Shown in pieces: positions 38,905 to 52,210 of a DNA stretch of 64,000 nucleotides. This stretch comes from Lingula anatina (lineage: Eukaryota > Animalia > Brachiopoda). The notes beneath the pieces are model-generated. The model was given only the letters and a program-made list of their open reading frames with translations. It ran no database searches and was not told the DNA's origin. The position numbers were made by a program, and so were the translations under genes. Numbering within the stretch: the first letter of the stretch is position 1; the number at the start of each line of letters is the position of its first letter. The stretch spans positions 17,856,001 to 17,920,000 of the forward strand of contig CM120642.1 of assembly GCA_051362555.1 (NCBI GenBank). Reading direction: 5' to 3'.

Positions 38905-41175
38905 TTTCAAATGATTGTCTGTATGTATATTTATTTAAAGACATGCGTTTTGGTTGACCAGTAGCTAGATCATACACTGTATATATACTGAAGAATACTT
39001 GATACAACAATTTCAACCTATTTAGTTCATTGGGTTGTATATTTATATTTTCCCATGAAGTATCCTGGGTAGAATTAATTCTAAATGAATTTTTAAGAAA
39101 TTATGCTATGGTCTCTCCCCCCCCCCCCCCCCTTTCACAACAAGTGTTACATCTTAGAAACAAAGCTGTACCTATACTACAATAGTATTTAAGAGATAGC
39201 AAAATGTGAGAGAGACAGAGGATAGTGCCTCTCTTCCTCTCCTGGATTTGACACAGTACAAAGCAACTAAATTTTACATCTGGAAGCAAAGTTGTGGAGG
39301 ACTTGTGAAAGACAGCAAATACAAATCCATTGTAGCACAATTACATGTTAGAACCCCTCTCAAAGGCCTATGGGCTACTGTGTTAGTTGTATAGAGAAAT
39401 GAGGAATGGCAAATGTGTTAGTTGTGCTCAGAATTATTCAGCACATTCTGGTCACAACCACCTGCCTAGTGATATTTTTTGTCTACATCGTAATTATAGT
39501 TGAAGTTTTTATAAAAGATAAATTACTTTTAAATGCAGCCTTGAATTGGCTTGTTATTTATAGGTTGAAATTGTTAGCTGGAAGAGCTTTTTGATTTCAA
39601 CAGTACTAATCCGGTGTTGTCTTGGCTGCTTGGGACTAGCTTTAGGAATTATAGAATCTTTAATAACTGAAATTATCTGACATCCTCATATTCATCAAGT
39701 TAAAGACATGTCATTAAGACTTGGAGGTTTTAAATTCAATTATCTCATATGTGAATGTTAAAATGTCATTATTCTTTTGTGAGGCAAAATTTGGGCAAGC
39801 CTTTAGCACAATGAAAATGTAATAAGGGAAGCATTAACTGTTGCCAAGAAGTCAAATGCTTGGCCATGTATGGGATTTTGCCTTAAAAAGATGTAGTAAA
39901 CTAATTGTCCTGGGCCCTCAACAATTTTTAGTATTTTCAACCATCATGTCACTTAATTCGATACTCAAAAATGCCCTGTTATTATTAGGTTTTAATGCCA
40001 CTCTTGTTCACTTGACTTCAACAGAGTGGAATGGTACATTCATACTAATTTTGCCATGATAGAGAAAGGATTACAAACTTCTTCAGTTATATATATAATT
40101 AAAAAGGGTTCACCATACTGTCAGACATAAGTACAAATATAAATATACTTCAAAAAGAAGGAAGCTTTTAAACAATTAAAACCCACAATACAATACATAA
40201 CTTAAAAGTGTTCTAAAGCACAAAGATAATTTTGATCTTTCACTTGATGCCATGTCTACCATAGTCACTGTGAAATATTAATGCACTTGAAACATATTCC
40301 AGATCAAAACCATTTATCAGATAATGAGGATGAATCATCCTGTAACCATTGTGATGAAACCAATCGAGTTTTTTTACCATTATGTAGTAATAAGATACAT
40401 CAGACTAACATCAGATTTCTGACTTTTGGGGAGCTAATAAAAAAAAAACATTTTTGAGATTGTTGCAGGCTTGGTCCCTGTGCCATATTTTCAGATTCTT
40501 CACTTAATACCAGTCTCATCTCTGATTCATGTCATTTTTGGAATATATCATTACATTTTGTAAATATTATGATTTAATGCCAATATTCATTTGAACAGAT
40601 GTATTTAGTATTTGACCCCCCCCTCCCCCCAAAAAAATGCAATAAAAATCATATAACTTTATAATCTTTATGGTATTGCCAGTTGAACATAAAAGTAACT
40701 TTTCTGGGGGTTTCAGAACATAAATTGACTAAAAAGGAATCAAATGTTTTGTCATCTCTTAGTTGGTCATCTTTTGGTCAACATTAATTTTTAAAAAATA
40801 TTCTTGGTAGAAATACTAAATGCTTCATTAGACTATTGCACATTTGGACATTTTAAGAGTGAGTGTCAAAATATTTTAAGCTTTTGGGTAAATAAATCCT
40901 TAAGTATGGATGTATTTTATCACATAGTTAAATAGTGTTCTTGGTAGTTTTATCCTTTGCCTTCAAGGTTGAATCATTTAATCTGATTGACTTCAAAGAA
41001 ATGAGATCGACTCCATAGTGTGGACTGATTGTGCCTGACATGTTATAGACGTCTTGCTGAAAAAAGGGGGCTCGATTAATCTTTAGAAAAAATGGAATGA
41101 AATATATATGTGCAGTAGAGGCTATGTTTGATAAAGCAATGGCTGCTGAATTGTTGAATGCAGTTTTTTTCTTCT

Positions 41176-41329
41176 AACATGTTCTCCGTTAATTTTAGAA
41201 TATTCTCCACTATTTTGTGCATGCTGAGTTAACTTAATCACTAGCATATAAGCCTATGCTTGGTTAAAATGCCTGAAAAATTGTATGCTAAAGCGTGGAG
41301 AATATTCTAAAATTAATGGAGAATGTGTT
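41176..41329. mobile_element. MITE with ~35-bp TIR
   Basis: aacatgttctccgttaattttagaatattctccac / gtggagaatattctaaaattaatggagaatgtgtt; TSD ambiguous (TA context). Confidence 0.8.
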
Positions 41330-42376
41330 TACTCCTACACTTTGAGTGGACAGCTTGATGATATATGCTGTTTACCTGTTTCTCCACTCATAAAGCTTTA
41401 ATCTAATGAAATTCAGCGTTTCTGCAGCAACTGCATAAAATACAGATATTGAACCAATATAGGAAAAAAAAGATGAATCACAACCACAGAAACTCACTGA
41501 TATCCATGTTCCTACGGCATACATACTATACTTAGACCCCCAAACCTGTATAAAATGTGAGTCAGACAACCATCTCTGATTATTGGAATGACTCAGATCA
41601 AGAAGTCCCAGCAGTTCCTAAATGTAAGAAATATCATTTCCACTACTATTTATCTGAATGGTTCTGCTGCAAGAGAGTGGCTTTGTCCTTTCTGTGGAGG
41701 GATACAGTTACACCATGAAAGGTAGGGATGAGTTGATTGGGTTTGCTTCATTTTTGCTTATTTTTGCAAGATTGTAGGGCAAATTTTATGTACCTGGGGT
41801 AAGGCAAGTGAAATAACACTTTTAAAAAGCTGTTACAGGTTAAAATCAGGCATTAAGCTTAATATATAGTCTTAAGGTAAAAAAAATAGTCAAACACATT
41901 TTCTCTTTCACCTTTTACATTTTGAAATAATGGTAACCACATTTTTTCTTCTTATATCAAGATGATCAGAATTTTTGGATTTTTTCTGCATTTTTTATAT
42001 TGGGCTGTTTAGTGGCTATTCATTTGAAGATTTAACTTTCTCTGGAAAATTAAACAAGTTGGATGGCTTCTCCCTTGGGTTTCACTATGAGAGGGATCCT
42101 TTTATATTCACAGCAGTGCATCCTCTAAATGGGTTATTAAAGGCCATTTTAAGACTTTTATTGCTATGATAATCCCTTATTCAGATGATAAAAGTGCCAC
42201 AGTGATTATTCGAGTCCCCCTAATGCATTGCTTAGAAATATAATACTGCGGAAGTCACACTTGATGTAGCCTTTTTAAGCCCCCCCCCCCCCCCCTTCCT
42301 GGCTCTATTCCCATATACACAGGTAACTATTATTAAGAAACATAATACTGAGGAAGCATCACTTGATTGAATCTAA

Positions 42377-42551
42377 GGCCTCATTCAGAACAGTGAACTA
42401 ACAAGTCCATGGGTCAAATATGGATGACCCACTTGAATACTTCCCCATGGGGAATCTATTCAGTGGCTATTAGCAAATAAGATGGCAAGATTTTTTGTGG
42501 GTTGCCATATTTGACCCGTGGACTAGTAAGTCCACTGTTCTGAATGTGGCC
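42377..42551. mobile_element. Tourist-like (PIF/Harbinger) MITE, 175 bp
   Basis: ~55-bp imperfect TIR ggcctcattcagaacagtgaac.../...gtccactgttctgaatgtggcc; TSD taa/taa. Confidence 0.9.
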
Positions 42552-44106
42552 TAAATGTTAAAGGGCTTGAGTATAGGTGTCGCCACAGGAGGAGAGAGGT
42601 TCACCGTCAGGTTTTATTCAGTGTTCAGGAGGGCGTGTTGATCAACTGTTGGCCTACAAGGGGGCGACTTCTTACTTCAATTATTGTATGTGACTGATCT
42701 CAGGTAAAAGGTTATGGTAATCATTCCACGGCTGTATTTTCCATTTGAAACTGGTATGATGATGAAAGTAAGTGGGATTAAGGTATGAGTCTAGACAAAT
42801 ACTTTAAAAGGTATAATATATCTGTGTGTTGAGCTGCTTTGGTTGTAAATTTTGTTTGACATTTGGGTGTGGAGGTAGAAATTGATATTATTTTTTTTAT
42901 ACAGGACTGTGACCTAGTATTTGGGTCTACTGCTTGTAGACTGTGTTCCCCTTTTATTGTTGTGTCACCAAAGCTGCCTAAAGCTACTGAGTACACAGTG
43001 AGTTTAGGATAGTCTACGTGACCAAGTCTTAGCAGTATATAGTATTACACCTCTTGTCTTCCCACACTGTGTGTTTAGTAAAGTAACTTGTCAGAAATTA
43101 CGTTACATTATACAGAAGTGGATCTAGGAAAAGGACACTGTCAGGTAGTTATACACTGAGGTAGATTAATGGTTTTTCGTTAGACATTATGTGGCAGTGT
43201 GTAGCATTTTAATTTATGTGAACAAATTTGACTGGCTTTGTCATGTATTTTTTATGTTTCACTCTAGTTGTCCTGTTACAGTGGCTAGGTTATTGGAGAC
43301 AGATTTAGTATATCAACTTACTGCTGGTTGGCTTTATTTACTTTTCAGGGAGCGTAATTTTTCAAATAAAGGCTTGACTAAGTTTACCTAAATTATGTAG
43401 TTTTTGTGCATGTACATCAAAGATTTTAAGTTGTATAGCTAACACAAGATGAATGGCAGCCATACCTCCAGGCTCCTTGGCTGTAAAGAAATGTACCTTA
43501 GCTTGTCCATTTACTATCTTACTAGTGGAAATATTGCATTATTTGTAGGTATGTTTTGTCCTTACCCAGTCGGTAAATAGCAGCAAAGGCCATGTTTCCT
43601 TTCAATTTATACCCGACATGAAATAAAACTTAATATTGAATGTACTGTATTATATTATTAGCTTTTGATGATATGAGTTAATCTCAAATATATCTATGTT
43701 ATCGCATAGAAACACACACATGTACACACACACACACACACACTCGCACACATACACACATACTTACACTTGCATGCACATAGACCAATTCACCATCATT
43801 TTATTTAGGCTGAATATATCCTTCGTGCAGAAGTAACCACACTGACATTTGACTAAATCAATACTGTCAGGTTTTTATTTAGATTAGTCATTAGTCATAT
43901 TCACGTAGAAAAATACTGATATTTTCTATATCCAGTAATCTTATTCCAATAGGTGTATTCACATTTTTCATGTGATGATTCAACTTTGTTCAATCCATAC
44001 TTTTTCATCTGGCCTTGGCTAAGTGGAACCAGCAGAAGTCAGTCTACTCTCCCTCTCACTGCCATGTCCAATAGGGGAGAGGGGCTTCAGGGAGATAGGG
44101 GGTCGA

Positions 44107-44286
44107 AGACTAACAAGATCGATCCATCTCTAAGGGGTTTCTCACCAAATGATAATTAATTACCCCCTAACAGCTTCAGTGGGTGTAACAGTCATCTTAG
44201 CTGCTTAAGTTTATTGCAATTCAGTGAGAATCCCCTTGTAGATAGATTGATCTACAGCTAGTAATATACGGTTTGGGAATGGTCCC
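44107..44286. mobile_element. MITE family C copy (left end uncertain)
   Basis: agatcgatcc...aattaattaccccctaacagcttcagtggg...tgggaatggtccc|taa. Confidence 0.75.
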
Positions 44287-44705
44287 TAAAAAAACAAACA
44301 TGATTTTGGCCAGGTTGGGGGGGGGGGGGGGAGGTGAGGTCTCCTGCTCTGAAACAAAATTTGAAGCCCCCCCTCCCATTTCTGGCTGCGGGGCTAAGCA
44401 GGGTTAGAAGCCATTCTCACATGTGCTTATATGTGAACATTGTCTAGCTGGTAGATAATTAACAAGTTCAGCGTGAATTGAAGAAGGCCTATTGGAAGGA
44501 ATACCTATCTCCATATGTCTGCCTTGTGTTGTCCATGACATCAAAGTCTTGAACATGATCACCTCATAGTCAGTCTGAGAAAAAAAACTGATCATGATGG
44601 CCTCGAGATAGTATGATTGTGTAAAAATTTTCACTGCTTGTGTTCAAAACATAATTCACTGTATGGTGAGCATCAAACTACATGTAGTAACACTTTAGGT
44701 ATGAC

Positions 44706-44706
<1 letters not shown>

Positions 44707-44748
<42 letters not shown>

Positions 44749-44749
44749 T
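44707..44749. repeat. (TTTA)n microsatellite
   Basis: Seen directly. Confidence 0.95.
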
Positions 44750-45420
44750 GGATGTTTTGAGAAGGGGGGGTCAGAATAGGGTTAGAATCATAGAGGATGA
44801 TGCTTTTCACTGATTAGAAGTAAACATTCAGAAAGTGAAACCTACACCTGGCTCACATGCCTGTCAATTTGTTACTTGTTGTATGTGGGTCAACAATTCA
44901 AAACTAGTTTGAATAAGGAAGTCGCATTTTTTTGTTGCAGATTTGATTGTAGGCAAGGTAGGGGATGGAACTGAATATACTGTTCAGTGAATTGAATTTA
45001 AAAACAAATTTATCTCTGGCATTTTTCTTTTATGTTCTGTTAGCTGAAAGCTTTTTTTAAATATTATTTGTGGAATGTGTGCTGTGTCGTAAAGCTCAGT
45101 ATATATAGAACAGCGTCAATGGATGATGATAAAAATCCTTGTTGATTTTCACGATCCAGTTGTCATAGTGAAAAAGGTATTCAAATGCAGAAATGCTGTC
45201 ACTGAGGCATAATAACACTTTCTATAGTAATGTGGGTTTAATGTTGCATTTTGCTGATTTGAAGAGGTGTGAATCAATGGCATCCCTGGGGACTTTTAGC
45301 TTGTGCTGTGTACAAGTTGTACATATGTTCACATTTCCTGTTGAGACAGGCAATGTATAGCCTTTGGCAGTACTTAGATGATTACTGTCTAAAGCTGCAT
45401 TCACACCAGGGCTAAGTTAA

Positions 45421-45667
45421 GTCCCATTTCTGTAGACACCCGCCGTCCCGCCTACTACAAGCTGTAAGGGGGTAATTAACTTTCGTTTCCGCCCGGCTAA
45501 CAGCTATTTAGCGTTAACCCCCAGGGAGTTAGGTTGATCTAAAGTAGATCGAACTAATCTCTGGAAATGGGGTCATTCATTTAAGCTGATTGCACTCATC
45601 AAGAGGTCCCGCAGAGTTGGGCTGTTCTGTGTAGACCAATAGTGTCTTTGGGGATGCATATGGGGTC
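45421..45667. mobile_element. MITE family C copy (45421-45574) plus an adjacent extra right arm (45581-45667)
   Basis: The core agggggtaattaac...cccccagggagttaggttgatct is the reverse complement of the 54610 copy. Two successive ...atggggtc termini. Confidence 0.72.
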
Positions 45668-46242
45668 TTAGATAACTTAAGTCTAAAGCTGTATTCAGAC
45701 CATGAATTATTATGCACCATTTTCTTTATACCCAGGGTAGTGCCATTTATTGTGGTGAAATAAGATAATTTGAATCAATTGAAACCGACTGTATACCAAG
45801 CAAGTGTCATCATAATTTTTCCCCACCTTGCATGTGCAGCATGTAGAATATGTTATAGAAGTACTAGTATAGAAAATTATCACGCTGCTCATATCAGGTT
45901 GTAAAAGAGTTTATCTTAATTGTTTTAAAGCTATTGGTACCGTTTTTATTTATGTGACTGTAAATGTAAATCTTCCATCCTAATGGTCATAATTTTAAAT
46001 TTCAAATGGATTAAATATATGAGCATGGTGCCAAAGTGTGGGTAATATAATATATCAGTAGGTTAGGAGAGCACACTCTCAGGATGGGAGGAAATCAATA
46101 AAATTATAACTGAGCCATTATTGTGTCTGCTTTGCTGAGAATCACTGGCTGTCTGAATTCTGTGAGGACAGGTTGCTGAGCACAGTTTGTATTGAAAGGT
46201 AACAATGACTACATTTTAATCCCGAGTTTTACTTTAAATGTA

Positions 46243-46244
<2 letters not shown>

Positions 46245-46329
<85 letters not shown>
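46245..46329. repeat. (CT)n microsatellite
   Basis: Seen directly. Confidence 0.97.
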
Positions 46330-46333
<4 letters not shown>

Positions 46334-47090
46334 GTATGTGTAATTAGGTACCTAAATGGTATAAATCTGTTCCGCTGGCACAATGCTGAATTCTAGTGAC
46401 CTCATGACCATATATAAGACTATGTTGTCATTTTGTTCACTTTCTGATTTTGTGTTTGTGTGGGCAACAGATATCTCCTGGTAGTGACCACCATGTCTTT
46501 GAAAAATACCGACCAGTGGCCATTACCTGGAGAATTTTGAACTGGAGACCAGCCACAGCAGGCCATACGCCATACATAAAGCCGTCTGTGGCTCATACAG
46601 TGGGTTTTTCCTGTAGCCACTGTACTTCACTGTTTAAAGTGCGCACACAGCGTATACATTTAATTCTCAATTGAGAGTTATATGTACATGTTATACGTGA
46701 ACAATTTAAAGTTACATGTTATATTTACACTATGTACATACAACATTTAACTCTCAATCGTTCACAAATATAGCCTCTTTGGTACATGTAAGATAATACA
46801 ATGTATATCACCAAAGATAAATAAAATAAAAAATGCGGTAAATAATGAATGAAGTATATGGGAGATAATGGTAATTTGGATTGGACATATATATGGCTTT
46901 ACGTGATTTTAGGCGCAGACAGATACTGTTCAAACGTTCCGTGTGGTGTGAATTTTTTATGCCATTAACGTCATAGAAACGCAGCACTGTGCTTAGTTTA
47001 AGTTTCAGACATGACTCATGGTCTCTGCATATTGAACAGTGCAGTCACACTGAGTACTCAGCTGCCTTCATATGCTAGGTTTAGATATTA

Positions 47091-47342
47091 GGGACCATTC
47101 CCAGCCCTTATCGTACTAACTTTGGATCGATCTCTTTCCGAGGAGATTTTCACTTAATTGCAATCAGCTTAAGCAGCTTAGATGTATGTCATGCTTACTG
47201 AAGCTGCTAAGGGTTATTAATTATCGTTTAGCAGCTTCAGTGGGCATGCCTGACATCTAAGCCACTTAAGCTGAGAGCAATTGAGTGAGAAACCCCTGTT
47301 AGATCGATCCTGTTAGATCGATTCAGGCATGGGAACCCAGTT
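47091..47342. mobile_element. MITE family C copy, nearly complete ~250-bp foldback
   Basis: tta|gggaccattccca ... tgggaacccagt; the arms cagcttaagcagcttagatg..ctgaagctgctaa and ttagcagcttcag..catctaagccacttaagctg are reverse complements around ~47218. Confidence 0.85.
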
Positions 47343-48687
47343 TTTGCAGACGGCCAGTAAAGCCAAAGGCTGTGTGCAGACCTTAAGGAGTATCATATGA
47401 AAAAAAAAAAGGAGTTCAAATGGTTTTGTTCGATGTTTGTGACATCCATGATCAGCGGGAGTAGAATATCTCATATATAACCAAGTCAGATAATAAAATA
47501 AATAGCATCATGTATTTTTTTAATTTCTCTAATGCAAAAAGTATATAAAAAAAGCTGATTGTTACGATCGATTCCTGTCTCTATATTGCATGACAGTTTT
47601 GAATTTGAGACGTTACCTATTTAATTTAGTGGATCTACGCTGTGAAACAAAATACTAAGGTAACATACGCATACTGGCTCAGAAGTTACGAGGTAGGCAT
47701 TTGTAACATTTTTGAATTGATGGTACCCTGGCTAGTTGTCATACATATTATATGAACTGCGTGAATCATAGATGTATAGATGTCTATGAAAGTGCCAAAC
47801 TGAAGATCAATTACATGTCAGAGATGGACCTCTTCGGTGGACTGAAGCTGCACTCAGTCGGGACTATTTTAGACCATAATTATCAGACTGGCGCATTTCA
47901 TCATACTGTTACATTAACCGACACATTTCTAATATGGTCATCCAGTGATGCATTCTGACTGATTTCCTGTCTAAAGTATTTCGCAGTGGTTGCTCTTTCA
48001 ATACACATTATATCTGTGTAGCTCTAGCTAGGTACAGTACATGAATTCCCTAGGGCTTATGGCATTATATAGTTATAAATAGAGGCCCTGCCTCAAGGAT
48101 ACATTGCATAATGGCTAAATGGTAGATTCAGCTCCTTGTTTTATGGATAATATGGTTCTGTAATTTATTTTAATTGAATTATAGGTATTTTTAAAGTTAT
48201 AACATTTACTATTTAGTACACTGTTTATGTGTATATAATAGTGTATTTTATGTCTTTCAAATACAATTGTGGCCAATATGGTTTCTATGGCCTTGGGGGT
48301 GTATTATCGTGAATATATTTGTAGCTTTTGTCAGAATGATTGATAATCTGTCGGAGAGAGGGCACATTAGCAAATCCTCCAGTGGATGATCAAAGTACTG
48401 TAGTTTTGAGGTTTCATTGAACAGAGACTTCAAGATTACTTAGAAAAGAAGGGGTTTTTTTCATATTGGAACAGTTTTTTTTTTTTCAGCTAGAGCTGTT
48501 TTTGTGGCATGTGAAAGGTGTGTGTCAGATTTGATGATGATATTGGTTTGTCAAGTAGATTTTTGTGTGTTAGACTACTTGGAGTATTAGCTGGCATAAT
48601 GGTGTTTTTAAGTATTGATTTCAGATGCAAGAAAACTTAAAGATATGTTAAAAGACTGTAAGACTGTAGACATTCTAGGAGGATAGT

Positions 48688-48856
48688 CAGGCCCGTAGCC
48701 AGGAGGGGTTCGGGGGGTTCGAAAGAACCACCCCTTTTGCTGGGAGAAGGTCCACTATGGGTAAAATTTGATCTAGGTACATGAAGTTTTTATGGAAGAA
48801 GGTCCACTCTATCAGAAAAAGAACCCCCCCTTTTGAAATTGCTGGCTACGGGCCTG
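48688..48856 (-). mobile_element. MITE family A, copy 2 (inverted orientation)
   Basis: Same 15-bp TIR; interior is the reverse complement of copy 1; TSD atagt. Confidence 0.92.
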
Positions 48857-49186
48857 ATAGTTCTAATTGTTCTAGTCCTTATTTGTCAATGAACTGTTGG
48901 TAATGGTCTCATAATAATTGTTTCTTAGGTTGACTGTTCTGAGTTTTTGTTCCTGCTTTGATGTTTTCAGGTTCTAACTTAAAACATACTGTTTAATATA
49001 TTTGTATTTTATCAGATTTGTACTGTACAACAATGAGCTCATCCAATCGACTGAAAATAGAGTAAACTGGAAGACCATGATCGTCAATGCCTGCACCAGG
49101 CCGGACACTTGATGATGATAATAATGATGATGACAGTGACAGATTTATTAATTTTTATTCTCAAAGTGCTATTTTCATCTTTGCAG

Positions 49187-49757
49187 ATTTTGAGACCTTC
49201 ACCAGTTTTGCCAACCCAAACTACCGGCTGAACGACGACATAATCAACTCAAACAACACAGGCACCGAGGGTCACAGCAGCTCCGTGGGAGAGTTTGAAT
49301 CCTTTGAAGACCCATATGAAAGCATCGACGTCACATCAGCCAGCAGTCGCCAGGCCGAGGCCAATAAAGGACGTAAAAAATATGCCCAGCTTGACCTTAT
49401 GGCAATGGGCATGAACTTGAATGCCAACCCCGCTCATGGTCAATCCCCCATGTCTGATAGTGTCACCTCGCCATCATCGATGACAACTTCGACGGCCAGT
49501 ATGGATTCTCCCGATGGCAAATCTGGTGCGGGACTATACGAAAGTGTGGATTTTGGATCAGAGGAGAAAAAACTTGTGAGTATCGGGCACACGGAGGAGG
49601 GTGAAGAAGAAGAGACTCCCTATGCCACCACTAGCACTTCCAGCAAAGGTTTTCTTGGGTACTACTCGAGTTTAGAAAATTCGGCGAAAAGCAGTCTTGA
49701 AGAAAAGAAAGAGACGGAGATTAAAGCAGAGAATTCGGGTGCTACCAAAGACAAAAA
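49187..49757 (+). CDS. Internal coding exon (571 nt, phase 1 to phase 2) of an unidentified plus-strand gene; acidic, Ser-rich disordered segment with tyrosine motifs
   Basis: Lies within the 224-aa ORF 49087-49761. Acceptor attttcatctttgcag|ATT, donor AAA|gtgagt, elevated GC. Encodes FANPNY, YESI, YAQL, YESV, YATT and YSSL. Confidence 0.85.
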
Positions 49758-50840
49758 GTGAGTTAGATATTGAATGAAATTATGATATAATGTTAATATG
49801 TCATTGTAATATTATATGAGTATAATTCTTTTAAAATTCTCATTAATTAATATTGATTCATTTCTTTCATCTGGCAGACTTTTTCTTGAGTGACCTAGAA
49901 CAAGTTTGCGTCTGTTCTTAACTTTTTTATTTTTCAAAGTATAACTCTCAGATAATTCTTCACATCTCCTATTAATAACATGGGATATTTTATAAAGTAT
50001 ATACTTCAAAATACCCTCACTGGAAAAGAAAACTTTTAAAAGCTTTTACAGCAGAGTAATTTATAGTCAGATGTTGTAGTGGGATTGATAAAGCATCTGT
50101 ATTAGCCTGATCTTTCAACAGTCTCAGAGCATGGTGCAATCAGTCTTTTGTCTCTTGTGGCGGGTAGTCGGACAGATGCACTCACTCCATGTTAAGATCT
50201 CACCACGCACTTTAGTTTGTGGGCAGCAAGAAATAATTCTGTGACTACTGCATTAATTGCATGCAACAGTATATACTGCTTATTTTGATTATCTGTTCTA
50301 TGCCTTAACAACTATTAGGCTTTGTTGCTGAAGGCAAGTGTATCGTGGTTGCTTTCATAAAGGTTTATCAAACGGAAAGACAACAGCTATCTGAAGTCAC
50401 CTTTTACCGATTCTTCCACTTGAATAAAGATTCCATGGCTCATACACAACAATGGGCAACAGGTCAACTTTCAACAGGTTTTAACTATCTTGTCTCCGAG
50501 TATTCCAACCATATGCTTATAAAAATCACAAATCAATTCTCTGAAGCCTCCAGTGTTTTAATGGCTACTAAGCCTCTGCCAAGAGAGATGGAGATAAGAA
50601 TTCCCAAGGCACCTAAGTTGATTACAGTTTGTCTGTTTCTTAAATTCAATTTATTTTTCTGCTGCTTTTATTGCTTTTATGTCTATGTTTGGAATGAATT
50701 GCCTTCTGGGAGAGAGTAATTTGAGTCTTGGAAGATAACCAACATTTCTTTGATGAAATTTTAACTGAATTGCCATCAAGGATAACATTCATCATTTGGT
50801 GCCTCTGTGTGTGCGTGGGCATGTGTGTGAAGAGGTGCGT

Positions 50841-50843
<3 letters not shown>

Positions 50844-50893
<50 letters not shown>
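50844..50893. repeat. (GT)n microsatellite
   Basis: Seen directly. Confidence 0.95.
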
Positions 50894-50897
<4 letters not shown>

Positions 50898-51061
50898 TTT
50901 ATATCACAACAGCCCCAAATTACAATTAATTGACACAAAGTTACGTTATCTTATTATTATAATAATATAATTACTAAAATTAGTTTGATTGAGGTCTTGA
51001 AAGACAGTTTCAATTTTAGTTTAGATACAGGTTTAAAGAGTTTTTATTTTTTAATTTCAAG

Positions 51062-51200
51062 GAAGGACATCAACTCTCCAGACAGTGGCATATCAGCGGA
51101 CCACCATGACACGGAGTCCGAGACGTCACCCGGGGATGTCAAACACAAAGTTGGTCCACTGACGGAAGACATCTATGCAATTCCAGAAAGAAGATCAAAG
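51062..51200 (+). CDS. Internal coding exon (139 nt, phase 2 to phase 0) of the same gene: KDINSPDSGISADHHDTESETSPGDVKHKVGPLTEDIYAIPERRSK
   Basis: Acceptor ttttttaatttcaag|G, donor AAG|gtagga. Phase joins exactly to 49757 (AA+G = Lys). Coding-like composition. Confidence 0.85.
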
Positions 51201-52044
51201 GTAGGAATACAACCCATCAGTTCCCCGAAATTTTCTTTTGGCAAGTTAATGAGAAAGACAACCAACACTTTTAGAAAACTCTTAGATATGAGATTTCTCA
51301 TTGTGTCAGGTTGTTGTTTAGATGTAATTTGTGTTTTATTTAAATATTGCCCGTAGGTTACCTCAGATTCTGTAGGTGATTACGTTTGTTTGGATGTTGA
51401 GAATGTGTTAGTGGTGATGCAGTGACTGAGTGGCTGGGATTGTGTTTTGTGGCACATCCAACATTTGGATTGTGCTGTCCAGTTTGAGTATAAGAGTAAG
51501 TTGTAAGGAAGCGCTTGTTACTGCTTACATGTGGGCCTGTTACATATTTAGTGTTTTTAATACTGATCAGATATTTTACCTTTGCCAAGGGTATGATATT
51601 TGATTTTGTTTTGTAATTTAATTTAATTTTAATTTTATTTGTTTGTTGTTGTGATTATTGTTATTCTTCTATTTATTTATTTTTAACTATTTATTTATTT
51701 ATTTTGATTTTTTTGGCCATAAAGATATTTTGCCAAAAATTATTTTCAATTCTCTTGATACAGCTGAACAGCTAGAACATTTTAAAGTATATGCTCTAGT
51801 CTTAAATGTTCTTTATGCAGCAGTTGTTCAAATGCTAGGAAAAGTGCCATCCATTTATTAGCTGCTGTTGTATCTATTACAGGAAAAAAATCCTCAGACG
51901 CAATTAGCGTTGACATATATAAAACATTGCCTTGACACTTCTTGATACACTGGTCTCATATACAAGGGTATCTATTTAAGTTCCCTGATTATCTGTCAAG
52001 GCCAGATCTATTTCAACTTATTCCTTTTGCAACAATGCAGTATG

Positions 52045-52209
52045 CAGGGCCTTAGGCAGGGGGTTTTCAAGGGGTTGGAAAGATGCACAATTTGATTGGG
52101 GAAAGGGTCTGATCTGATTCAAATTATGGTCTAGGTTTTATGCCATTATGGTAGGAAGGTCCACTTTTACAGAATAAGAACCCCTTTGAAGTTGTTGGCT
52201 ATGGCCATT
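52045..52209 (-). mobile_element. Older degenerate MITE family A copy; copy 3 is inserted at its terminus
   Basis: cagggccttaggcag...gaaggtccactttt...aagaacccctttgaagttgttggctatggccatt is colinear with copy 2; probable TSD gtatg (52040-52044, 52384-52388). Confidence 0.75.
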
Positions 52210-52210
52210 G

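Noticed and set aside
49016-49110. Possible exon FVLYNNELIQSTENRVNWKTMIVNAC (PH-helix-like)
   Set aside because: The acceptor is plausible, but no GT donor gives the phase 1 required to join 49187.
49087-49186. ATG 49087 as the start of a standalone 224-aa gene
   Set aside because: A good acceptor at 49186 and a donor overlapping the stop indicate an internal exon; the N-terminal part is intron-like low complexity.
51081-51098. DSGISA as a beta-TrCP phosphodegron
   Set aside because: Lacks the second Ser of the DSGxxS consensus.
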